The translations under genes and the position numbers were made by a program. The notes below the pieces were generated by a model. It searched no databases and had not been told where the DNA came from. It saw only the letters and a list, made by a program, of their open reading frames with translations. Below are positions 23,859 to 33,316 of a DNA stretch of 64,000 bases, in pieces (position 1 is the stretch's first letter; each line of letters starts with the position of its first letter). The stretch comes from Chrysochromulina tobinii (taxonomy: Eukaryota). The stretch covers positions 1 to 64,000 of the forward strand of contig JWZX01003320.1 in NCBI GenBank assembly GCA_001275005.1. Reading direction: 5' to 3'.

Positions 23859-24077
23859 GGGCGCTGCCGTGAGCACTCGCACAAGGGCGCTGTCGTGAGC
23901 ACTCGCACCGGGCGCTGCCGTGAGCACTCGCACAGGGCGCTGCCGTGAGCACGCGCGATGCGGACGACGGGAGGCGCGGCGCTCGGCACGACGCTCGGCG
24001 GAGCTCGGTGCCTCAGCGTCTGGGTGGGGAAGACATGTGGGGAAGACATGTGGGGAAGACATGTGGGGAAGACATGG
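23859..24077. repeat. Two adjacent minisatellites: about 4x GGGCGCTGCCGTGAGCACTCGCAC (module B-like, antisense) and about 4x GGGGAAGACATGT
   Basis: Read directly, just downstream of the Myb stop codon. Confidence 0.8.
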
Positions 24078-24734
24078 ACAAACGGGATGTGGTCTCTCGA
24101 GAGAGAGGACGAGCGACGTGCCGAGCGCACGCATTCCACTGAGACGTGAGGGCGAATGCAGAGAGCCCTGCGGCAGGGATCCGAACTGTGGGGACGCTGT
24201 GTGGCAGGCCAAGTGCTTCGGGCGGGCATGCATTTTCGTGCGTCGGTTGCAGATACGTTCTCTCCATGTGAGACAGCGCGGGTTTGTGCATGCTCGGATG
24301 AACGTCAACGTGCATGATGTGGTGTTTGATCTTTGTAGCTGTCGTCAGTCTTTCCGGCGCGGGGCCCGGGGCCATAATCAGAGGGCTGGCAGGGAGATTC
24401 AATGTTTTCTCCTTGCAACAATCTTGGCCACAGCGCACAGCACCAGCATCATGACCAGCTCATCGCAGCATGTACCATGTTACTTGTTATATGGGCGCAT
24501 ATTAGCGCGCAGGCCTAGAGGCCTTCACTTCCTTCTTGACACTCCCGCCTGCCCTGTGTCTGTCGCCTCGTCGTGTGTGTGTTTGTCTGCGCCCTCCTCG
24601 GGACCGGTGGTCGTGCGTCTTTCCCTGAACGTGAACGGCCGCAGGCCTGCCTAATAAGGGTTGTGGCTGAGGGTCTGTGAGGCAACCCAGGCTGAAGGGC
24701 CTCAGGCGTGCACTCCAGGCGAGCCCTTTTCCCG

Positions 24735-26339
24735 ATGGCCGAGCTTCACGGCCTGCAGCGCGCCCTCTTCCAGGTCCTCTACAATTATCGCCGCCGTCGG
24801 CATGATCGCGTTCACGGGGCGCCGTCGGAGGTCGCCGAGGGAACCTGTACACGTGTCGCTCCCGCGCTGGTGGAGGCGAGCCAGGAAGACCTTGATGCGG
24901 GGGCCACGTGCCGCTTCTGCTTCGAGGCCGGTCCTAAGCGGCTCATCGCGCCGTGCTCTTGCAGCGGCTCGCAGCGGTGGGTCCACAAGGCCTGCCTCGT
25001 TCGATGGCAGCAAGTATCGGGAGCCTCGGGCCGGCCGAGACGCTCTGCAGCCTGCAATGTGTGCAACACGACGTACGCGCTCGCACCGCCACCAGCGCCG
25101 CCCACGCCCACGCCACGTGCGGGCATGCTCCTGGTGGCGACCGCGAACCTCGCCGGCAGCTTCGATCGCAGCATCATCCTCCTGTGTGAGGTGAATGCGT
25201 CCGGCGCACACGGCGTCATCATCAACCGGCGCGTCCTCGACCCTGCGGCAGGCCACGCGCCGCCGGTCGTGCAGGTGCTCGACGGGCACCCGATCGCTGC
25301 GGTCGCCGACGCGAGCGGCCGCGCCACCAACCAAAGCGCGGCCGTCGGAGAAGCCACGGCTGGCGCCGAAGCCGCCGCCGCCGAAATGAGTGTACGGTCC
25401 CGTGGGGTCAGAGTCGAGTGGCGGCGCGGAGGTCCAGTGTGCGGGGGCCGACTCGGTGTCGTGCGGTACACCGTGCTTCACACGCTCGGGAGCGCGGCGG
25501 CCGCTGAGGTGCCCTCGCTCGAAGTTATCGCCGGCGGCAGCGGTGTGGTGGCAGCGGACCCATCCCTCTCGGTGGTGGCGGAGCCCGTTCTCAGTGCGGG
25601 CTATCGGGGTGGGCGAGCGCTTTCGCCTGCTGCCTCCAGCGGCCGCGCGCTCGTGTACCTCATAAGGACGCTCGCGAGCAGTGCCTTGGCCAGTCCGGCT
25701 GCCTCGGTCAGGCCGGCCCGCAACGGCGGCAGCGGCGGCGGCGGCGACGGCGGCGGCAGCGGCGATGGCGGCGGCAGTGGCGGCAGTAGCGGCATGGGCG
25801 GTAGCGGCGACGGCGGCGACAGCGGCGGCGGCATCGCAACCGGAAGCGGCGCAAGCGGTGGCGGTGGCGGCGACAACACGCCGGCGGTCCGCATGCCACG
25901 GGCGATGATCTTCATCGGCCACTGCAAGTGGGGGCGGGGCCAATTACAACATGAGCTCGCGCGAGGCAGCTGGACTTTATGTGCGGCGAGAGCGGCCGAC
26001 GTGCTCGAGGCGGACGAGGGCAGCTGGGATCAGCTGCAGGCGAGTGGGCGCCTTGGCGACGGCGGCAGGCCCATAGAGGACGACGGCGACGACGACGACG
26101 AGGACGACGACGAGGACGAGGAGGACGAGGACGACGACGAGGACGACGACGAGGACGATGTGGAGGAGGTTTCAGAGCCGCATCGGGTGCCAGGCGACGA
26201 CAATCTCCGTCCACGAGGGACAAGGGTCCATACGAGCCCAGCGGTTTTGGAACCGATGGTCGACATGACGCCCCGTCGGATTTTGGATGATGATGGTGAC
26301 GGCGAAGCCCCCAGTGACGTGAACACGATCAGAATGTGA
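24735..26339 (+). CDS. RING-CH (RINGv) E3 ligase fused to a DUF179 (YqgE/AlgH) domain, with acidic tail
   Basis: CRFC..PCSCSGS..VHKACL..W..CNVC; GMLLVA..SFDRSIILL..GVIINR..GGPV..FIGHCKWGRGQLQHEL. Confidence 0.85.
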   Translation: MAELHGLQRALFQVLYNYRRRRHDRVHGAPSEVAEGTCTRVAPALVEASQEDLDAGATCRFCFEAGPKRLIAPCSCSGSQRWVHKACLVRWQQVSGASGRPRRSAACNVCNTTYALAPPPAPPTPTPRAGMLLVATANLAGSFDRSIILLCEVNASGAHGVIINRRVLDPAAGHAPPVVQVLDGHPIAAVADASGRATNQSAAVGEATAGAEAAAAEMSVRSRGVRVEWRRGGPVCGGRLGVVRYTVLHTLGSAAAAEVPSLEVIAGGSGVVAADPSLSVVAEPVLSAGYRGGRALSPAASSGRALVYLIRTLASSALASPAASVRPARNGGSGGGGDGGGSGDGGGSGGSSGMGGSGDGGDSGGGIATGSGASGGGGGDNTPAVRMPRAMIFIGHCKWGRGQLQHELARGSWTLCAARAADVLEADEGSWDQLQASGRLGDGGRPIEDDGDDDDEDDDEDEEDEDDDEDDDEDDVEEVSEPHRVPGDDNLRPRGTRVHTSPAVLEPMVDMTPRRILDDDGDGEAPSDVNTIRM

Positions 26340-26556
26340 CGGCTGTTGTGACTGTTGACGTTTGGGGTTTGCGAGTCGAAGGGGTCTCTGATGGACGATT
26401 TTCTTCTTGTTGCTGCTTGTTTGTGTATCCGGAGGGGGGGGGTCCGGATACGCAAAGGGCGAATCCGTGCATCGTCAACTCGCACCTTCGTAATCAGCAC
26501 GAGACACCGCCGAAACTGCGTTTCGTCACAATCATCACAAGATTTGGTGCTCCCGA

Positions 26557-27132
26557 ATGCCAGCCTTCTTCCCACTCTCAGCGCGGACTCGTGAAGTCTT
26601 CGGAAGCGCTATCAACCTCTCCGATCTCGACGTGCCCGAAAATCCGGCCGAAATCCTAGTTGCCCCGCTCCACAAGGGCTTGGGCTTGCCTCCTTTGTGG
26701 GCTCGCGTGTCCTCACGGGATGCAGAGGTCTTCGAGATTGAGGCGGCCATCGAGCTGGCTGCCGAGGATGTCAAGATCCCCAGGACCTTTTTCCCGCTCC
26801 AAACGCGTCTCTCAGCGCGCGACCAGGAATGCTTTGAGCCCGAGGACCTCATGGCCAGGGACGAGGAGGAGGGGGCGGCGCGGCTTTCGCCAATCCAGCG
26901 CTTCTCGTCCCGAGATGTGGAGGTCTTTGAATCGTACGAGGTCAAGGAGATTCCTTCGCACGAGCTCGGGCCCGTCGCGCTCGCGACTCAGCCGAGCCGC
27001 TATCGGGGGGTGCTCAGCGCGCGCGACAAGGAGGTATGCGACGAGGCGGCTGCGTGGGTCGGTGCGACGTGCCCGGTAGCCTCGGGTCCAGTAGTGGCCC
27101 GTCGCGCGAGCGGCCGTGATTGCGAGTACTGA
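26557..27132 (+). CDS. Hypothetical 191-aa protein with six (L/F)S(A/S)RDxEVF-type motifs
   Basis: LSARTREVF, VSSRDAEVF, LSARDQECF, FSSRDVEVF, LSARDKEVC, ASGRDCEY. Confidence 0.65.
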   Translation: MPAFFPLSARTREVFGSAINLSDLDVPENPAEILVAPLHKGLGLPPLWARVSSRDAEVFEIEAAIELAAEDVKIPRTFFPLQTRLSARDQECFEPEDLMARDEEEGAARLSPIQRFSSRDVEVFESYEVKEIPSHELGPVALATQPSRYRGVLSARDKEVCDEAAAWVGATCPVASGPVVARRASGRDCEY

Positions 27133-27492
27133 GCGACTGCGCGAACGCAACGAGCGCCACCTTGGCATGAACCAGCCAACCTGAGACGAACGAGGGCTGA
27201 ATTACTCGATGAGTGAGAACTGCAAAGACGCTTTGTACAGTTTCGTGTCGACCACGGTCCAGTCCTGACTCCTGTCTCCTCGCCGGTCGCGCGGCGCCGC
27301 GGCCGTGTAGGAGCGGAGTGACGGCGGTGGGCGTCAGCGCGTCGAGGAGAGAAGGTGAACTCAATTATTTTTAGCTGAATCATCAATGAAAATCACCCCA
27401 AACTCGTCGCCGGAACAACCGAGAATCGAAAACTGGTGTCGAGGAAGCTCTGGAACGCCAAGGGGCTGGGAGGGAACGCCCGCGGAGCCACC

Positions 27493-27834
27493 ATGCATGG
27501 CGCAGCGAAACCGACCTTCGATCTGTTCTATCGCGAGGTCTTTCTGCCAGAGCACCGCCACCCGGTCAACGTCGCACTCCACATGCTCGGCACCTTCGCG
27601 GGGCTGGCGTTCGTTCCTGTGGTACTGGCGATGCCGCTCGCGTGGTATCCGGCCCTGCTGCTGTTTCCGCTCGTGCACGCCGCGCCCGGGTTGCTCGGGC
27701 ACCGCCTGCTGGAGCGCAACATCACGGTGGGTGACGCACGCTGGCGGCGCCGGGACTATCCGCGCTGGTGGTTCATCGTTGCCAACCACCGCATGACCTT
27801 CGAGCGCTTCACCGGGCGGACGCCCCCGGGCTGA
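27493..27834 (+). CDS. DUF962/Mpo1-like small membrane protein
   Basis: FY..FLPEHRHPVNVALHMLGT and GH..LERN histidine motifs. Confidence 0.75.
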   Translation: MHGAAKPTFDLFYREVFLPEHRHPVNVALHMLGTFAGLAFVPVVLAMPLAWYPALLLFPLVHAAPGLLGHRLLERNITVGDARWRRRDYPRWWFIVANHRMTFERFTGRTPPG

Positions 27835-28605
27835 TGCGCATGTCGCGGCCGAGCGCAAAGACATGTCAGTGGAAGTACGCGCCCCCGGTCGCGGTCCGCC
27901 CGGGCCCGCTGCACGGATCATTCTTGTGTCGTTTCGACTATCTAGCTTCCTTGCAGCTTCGAGCTTTCTTGCTGCACCGGACAAGGGCACCGGATCGAAG
28001 AGGACGTACCACCACTCTCGCCGTGTCTCGCGTGACGCGACCAGTCCGGGCGGCATTGCCGGTCGGGTGCGCGCGCGCGGTGGGCTCCCGAGGTCCGCGC
28101 AATTGGGTCCGCGGGGACGCGGGGCAGTATGTGGGGCAATTGTGGTGGGGTCGGGGGCCTGCTAAGCGGCGGCGAGTGCGCGTCAGAACTCAGATGTGAG
28201 ACTGAAGTCCCGCCGCACGCCCGCGCCACAGTCCGTCAGTCAGTTATATGTCGCGCCCCCCCCCCCACCCCACCACTGTCCCGTCTCGTTAACGTCTTGT
28301 GCATTGGAGGGCAACTCATTGGTCTTGTGGTTGACTCTTGGCACTTGGGCCGGCGCTTGGAGGTTGACTCAACGTAGGTGGAATGGACACACGGGTCACG
28401 GCTCCGCGCCTGTGCCCAGTATTCATACTCATTACTTGTGTTGACCGGGCTTGAGTACTCGCCGTCTCGCAAGTTTTTTGTCTGTGAACGTTTCCACACC
28501 ACGAACTTTCACTTCCGCTTCTCTGAATCTGCAATCTCAACAAGAATCTTCGCGCCATCGGCCTCACCCTCCACGCCGCCGCACATCAATCATTCTCGGC
28601 GCGGC

Positions 28606-30096
28606 ATGCCGCTCTCCGCCTATGAACTTGAACGCGCCGATAACATAAGATGCAATCAGGAGGTTCTCCGATCGCTCGGCATTGAAAACCCCATCGCATC
28701 AAAGGTTGTGACGCGCGTCAAGGGTGCCGCACAAAACAAGAAGCCCAAGGCCGAAAAGCCTGCACCACGCGTGCGCTCATTGCGCGCGCAGAACCTCGAT
28801 CCCGAGGGCAAACCATTGCCCAACAAGGAGGTGCTGCCGTCTCCCACGCCTGAGCCGGAACCCAAACGCCAGCGCCTCGCCTCGGTGCCGCTCGACGCGA
28901 CAAAGGTGTCGACGGGGACCACCTCGGCCCACGAGGCGAGCACTTTCCTTGCGCGCCTCAGCATGCTCGCCGGCTCCTCTTCCGACACCACACCCACTAC
29001 CGACGGCGGTGGTAGGACGAAGGCTACTGCCAAGACCAAGGCTAGCATGGCTATCGCAGCGCCCGAGAGCCGGTCCATCGCGCTCGAAGCGCTCGGCGTG
29101 CGTGAGGACGACATTGCAAAGCTCGTGCCCGACCGAATCTTCTCGCTTGAGATGCACCCGGCAGACACGAAGCTGCTTGTGGCGGCAGGCGACACCTGGG
29201 GGCGAGTCGGCCTCTGGGATGTGGATGCCGGCGACGACCAGCCAGTAGTCACGTTCTCGCCGCATAGCCGGCCGGTCACGGGACTGCGCGTCCTGCCCTC
29301 GGCGCCGCACCAACTGCTCTCGTGCTCGCAGGACGGCGCCGTGCGCTGCCTCAACCTGACAGGCGGCGCCTCCGCGGCGTTCGTCGAGCTGTATCGCGCG
29401 CCTGAGGACGCTCACGGCGACTACGCCTCCCTCCATGGCCTCTCACGGACTGCCGGTGAGGGCGGTGCGCTCGCGATCGCCCGCAGCGATGGCGTCGTGG
29501 TGCTCATGGACTCTCGCGTCTCCAGCGCTGGCGCATCGAGCTGGCAGGCGCACGACAAAAAGATCTTCGGGGTCGACTTCTCGCCATTGCAGCCATGCCT
29601 GCTTGCGAGTGCAAGCCTAGACCGCTCGGTACGACTGTGGGATGTGCGTACGCTGGGAGGAAAACCGAAGCCGCTCGTGGAGCTCTCGCACGGGCTCTCA
29701 GTGACTGCTGCTCGCTTCTCGCCGAGTGGCACCAAGCTCCTCACCACCTGCAACGACGATCTTCTCCGCGTCTATGCGGCGGGCGCGTGGCTGGGATCGA
29801 AGACTGCCGCCAAAAGGGCAGATGAATCTGAGGCGACCGTGAAGCATAACAACAAGACCGGTCAGTACCTGACGCCATTTCAGGCCGAGTGGGTGCGCGG
29901 CTCGGATGACGTGTTTGCATGCGGATCGCTCGCACAGCCACGCGGCGTTGACGTCTTCCACGCCGACGGCACGGTCGCATCGCGCCTTGAGCATGATCAC
30001 GTTACCTCGGTCATCTCACTGCTCGCGTGGCACCCGACCAAGCCTGTTCTGGCCGCGAGCAACTCGAGCGGCAAGGTCTTCCTCTGGCGAGAGTGA
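28606..30096 (+). CDS. WDR76: WD40 protein WDR76/CMR1-like (DNA damage-binding), intronless
   Basis: N-terminal LSAYELERADNIRCNQEVLRSLGI, WD repeats, and HNNKTGQYLTPFQAEW. Confidence 0.85.
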   Translation: MPLSAYELERADNIRCNQEVLRSLGIENPIASKVVTRVKGAAQNKKPKAEKPAPRVRSLRAQNLDPEGKPLPNKEVLPSPTPEPEPKRQRLASVPLDATKVSTGTTSAHEASTFLARLSMLAGSSSDTTPTTDGGGRTKATAKTKASMAIAAPESRSIALEALGVREDDIAKLVPDRIFSLEMHPADTKLLVAAGDTWGRVGLWDVDAGDDQPVVTFSPHSRPVTGLRVLPSAPHQLLSCSQDGAVRCLNLTGGASAAFVELYRAPEDAHGDYASLHGLSRTAGEGGALAIARSDGVVVLMDSRVSSAGASSWQAHDKKIFGVDFSPLQPCLLASASLDRSVRLWDVRTLGGKPKPLVELSHGLSVTAARFSPSGTKLLTTCNDDLLRVYAAGAWLGSKTAAKRADESEATVKHNNKTGQYLTPFQAEWVRGSDDVFACGSLAQPRGVDVFHADGTVASRLEHDHVTSVISLLAWHPTKPVLAASNSSGKVFLWRE

Positions 30097-30632
30097 GGAC
30101 ATTCGCGGAGATATGCAGTGCTGAAGAGTACGCACGAGCCAGCCTTCTTCGGTGACTGCGTGTATGTGTTCGACGTCGTTCGTTCGTGGACAAAGAGTGC
30201 GTAGCCGAGCTGTGTGGCGCCGCGGCGGACCGTGCGGTGCCGGCTCGGCTCCCGCGTCGGCCCGGGGGACCGGCCCTTCGAGCGCCGAGCCGACTCACAA
30301 CCGACCGGACGGAACGACGATAGTCGGTGTCAGGCTACCGTTGATAGAAAAGTCGCCAGGACGGCCGAATCACTACACTTACGACTATTTGTGCGCTTCG
30401 GCACCTTCGCTTTCGAGTTTCCGTTCTCGTTTCCGCGTAGCTAAGCTCGAAGAGCACGCAGACCCGACACCGCCTCCTCTCGGTCTCGCGTTCCGTGAGC
30501 CGTCACGTATGGTCCTCCTCTTTAGACACACTCGCCCTGGGGGAATGTCCCCCTGGCTCCTCTGCCGCCCGACCACGAGCACGCACTCCACGCATGACAC
30601 CACAGCCTCCACGGTCACGCCGCTCCGTCCCA

Positions 30633-30697
30633 TAACGTAAGCCAAGTCCCCATTCACATTCACATTCACATTCACATTAACGTAAGCCAAGTCCCCA
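30633..30697. repeat. (CACATT)n filler between two perfect 20-nt direct repeats
   Basis: TAACGTAAGCCAAGTCCCCA at 30633-30652 and 30678-30697. Confidence 0.9.
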
Positions 30698-30779
30698 GTC
30701 GGCCACGCACGCGCTCCTGTGGCTCCTCTCATCAGTCACTTCCCAATCCCACGCGCTCCTCATCCACAGTCACTTCCGA

Positions 30780-31529
30780 TCAGAAGTCGTTGTCGAGCCT
30801 GCGAGGCAAGGGCACGCCAACGGGCACGCGGACTGCACCCTGCTGGGCCACGGCCACAGGCTGCCACTCGCGATACACGTAGTAGGGTGCGCTTGCGGTG
30901 CCCCCGAAGACCGCGCGCCGCCGACGCCTCATGGAGCACACGAAGTAGACGCAGCAGCAGCAGCAGAGCATCGAGAGGAGCATCGAGCAGGTGTAGTAGA
31001 AGGCGGGAGCCTCGCCAGAAATGTTACATTGGGACCAGTACCATGTAGCAGGCGCGAGCACCCACGCGACATAGTAGATGCCACCGAGAGGGCCAGAGAC
31101 CGCGTACGCATTCTCGAGGATGTCGGGGCCTCCGAAGCCGGTGCCCACGCGGCACGCCGCTCCAGTGCCGACGGTGAACACATCGCCAGTCCCGGGGGGG
31201 TTATTAGGCGTCGAAACTGCAATCGAGAGCGTCGCGGTAGACCACACACAATTCCAATCTGTAGTGCATTCTCCGCACGTATCCCTCTGTTCCGGCTCGC
31301 ACGCGCAGTCACCCTGCGCAAAGGTCACATTCTGGCAGCCACCCAACAAGCCGGCGGTAAAGTTGTTGCCCACTTCCATGCAGGCGCTGGCGCCGACCGT
31401 GACGGCGGCGTCGAAGCACCAGAAGCACGGCCGGGATCCGGAGTCGGGCGCTGACGCGCAAGTGGAGCACGATGTTCGCTGGTTACATGGTTGGGATAGG
31501 GTCGCAGCGAAGAGCAGGATGGCGACCAT
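30780..31529 (-). CDS. Single-pass membrane protein with PSI-like Cys-rich ectodomain
   Basis: Signal peptide, CxxC...CFWC and CxxC...CVW motifs, then a TM segment with a Cys run followed by RRRRR. Confidence 0.7.
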   Translation of the reverse strand: MVAILLFAATLSQPCNQRTSCSTCASAPDSGSRPCFWCFDAAVTVGASACMEVGNNFTAGLLGGCQNVTFAQGDCACEPEQRDTCGECTTDWNCVWSTATLSIAVSTPNNPPGTGDVFTVGTGAACRVGTGFGGPDILENAYAVSGPLGGIYYVAWVLAPATWYWSQCNISGEAPAFYYTCSMLLSMLCCCCCVYFVCSMRRRRRAVFGGTASAPYYVYREWQPVAVAQQGAVRVPVGVPLPRRLDNDF

Positions 31530-31699
31530 TTGGAGAGCGTGGGGAGCACCTTCAGGGCAGCACAGGAGGGGGTCATGAATGAGCGAGGACGTAACCGCCG
31601 ACACTCGAGCGCAAAATGTTGGTACTTTTCGGATCTCTACCTCTTTCAGTGCTGAACCGTGTTTCGTTAAAATACCGTAGTTTGCGTTCACGCCGCGGC

Positions 31700-32101
31700 A
31701 TGGTGATGCTGACGCCCTTTCTCGCGGCCTTTTTCGGCATGCAGCTAGCCTCGGAGTGCGGCGTTCTGGACGATCGCTGTGGCTACGACGACAATGGAAA
31801 ACCTGTGCGCATTCCCCTTATGGACCGCGGCCATCCATCGATCACATTCCATCCAGAGGACCACGCCCATGAGTGCTGCGATGGTCTCATGTGCGAGGAC
31901 GGCATTTGCCGCCGATCATCGGGCGCAGCAGCGCCGAGTGCTAGCGATTTGAAGGCTGTGTATGACAAGTGGGCACCTGGGAATGGCATCTCCCTAGAAC
32001 GAGCTTCGCAAATGATCATGGCGTGGAAAGGCCGGGAAGAGCGGCTGCTCACGTCCGTGCGGTTGAAACACAGCAGCGCCCAGCCCAAAGACGAAGTCTG
32101 A
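31700..32101 (+). CDS. Small secreted Cys-rich hypothetical protein
   Basis: Signal-like N-terminus and CC.GL.C...C knottin-like spacing. Confidence 0.55.
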   Translation: MVMLTPFLAAFFGMQLASECGVLDDRCGYDDNGKPVRIPLMDRGHPSITFHPEDHAHECCDGLMCEDGICRRSSGAAAPSASDLKAVYDKWAPGNGISLERASQMIMAWKGREERLLTSVRLKHSSAQPKDEV

Positions 32102-33316
32102 ATGTACGTGCCTGGCCCAATCCGCTTAGCCACGTGCCAAGTCTGTTCACGCTGCATGATTGTGCACACAGATCCATGGCTGCTGCCCATAGCGATGTAC
32201 ACACGCACCCGAAGCGACCCTCACGCGCCCGCCTTCGGTACTGAAGGTGTGCTACAACAAACTAAAACTCCTTCCACCTCTCCGGCAAATTTTTACGGCC
32301 TGTATCTTCATACCTGCCTGTACAGTGTACACACAGAGAATCACGCAATCCCAAGTCACTGTCGCCACTCAGATGTCACATTGTGACCCCGAGTACGGCC
32401 TGTGAGGTCGCGTTTTGGTCGCATTTCGGTACTTGGCCATGCAGAGCGACCTTGAATGGCGTGATTCTCTGTGTTGTATGAGTCCATATAGTCCCTAGAC
32501 TTGATCTATGGCCCTCCAGCTATGTGCTGTCTCGCGATCTTTGGAGATGTGCATCATAATCCGGCTTCGCCTCGAATATCGACCCTTGAACCGATTTGGC
32601 CACACAGCTCCACAATTCGAGCTCCAAAACACATTCTCTCGCCTGTTCTCGGTAGTGTATATCCTATAGAGTGGTGTGCGATCCTAAGATAAAAAGTGGT
32701 CGACATATGACGCACACTGGCAGTACGGAAACCTACATTATGCACGCAAGATGCCCGGTACGACACATGCGAGCATGCACAGTGCTCCCCTACGCAACAA
32801 GAGTGATGCTCTCCGATCATCAGCCCGGTCGGGATATATCATGAGGCGACTCCGGCATGCCGTGAGCCGCCCATGCGACGTTATCTGCGTTGTCCTGGAG
32901 CCATCTGCTGTCCTGCGCGTCGTGCGCTACGGGCGGTGCTGCATCCACACATCCGGTTCTGCGACGAGCTGATCGCCGACGCGTTGAGCCCACTGCTCCG
33001 ATGATGCGGCGTCTCAGCTTACCAGCTGGCTGCGGCGGATGCTCCGTGCGCGGCAAGCCGCGCAGATGCCTTCAGGATAGCGTCAACCGTGGCACTCGCG
33101 TGCGCCACCACCCTCGTCCTCGTACGACAGCGAGAAGCCGCTTCTCATCACGCAGTCGGCAGTGGCAGCGAGTGGACCGTCGGGGCGGCGCCGGCGCGCT
33201 CGCGGTGCCCGCCTGGCCCTCCATGGCCCGGCCTGGCGCGAGGGCGCGCAGCGGAGAGGGCGTGCGCGAGATCGCATTTTTTCTGGGGGTTTGCAAGGGC
33301 GTGGGAACGGCCTTTA

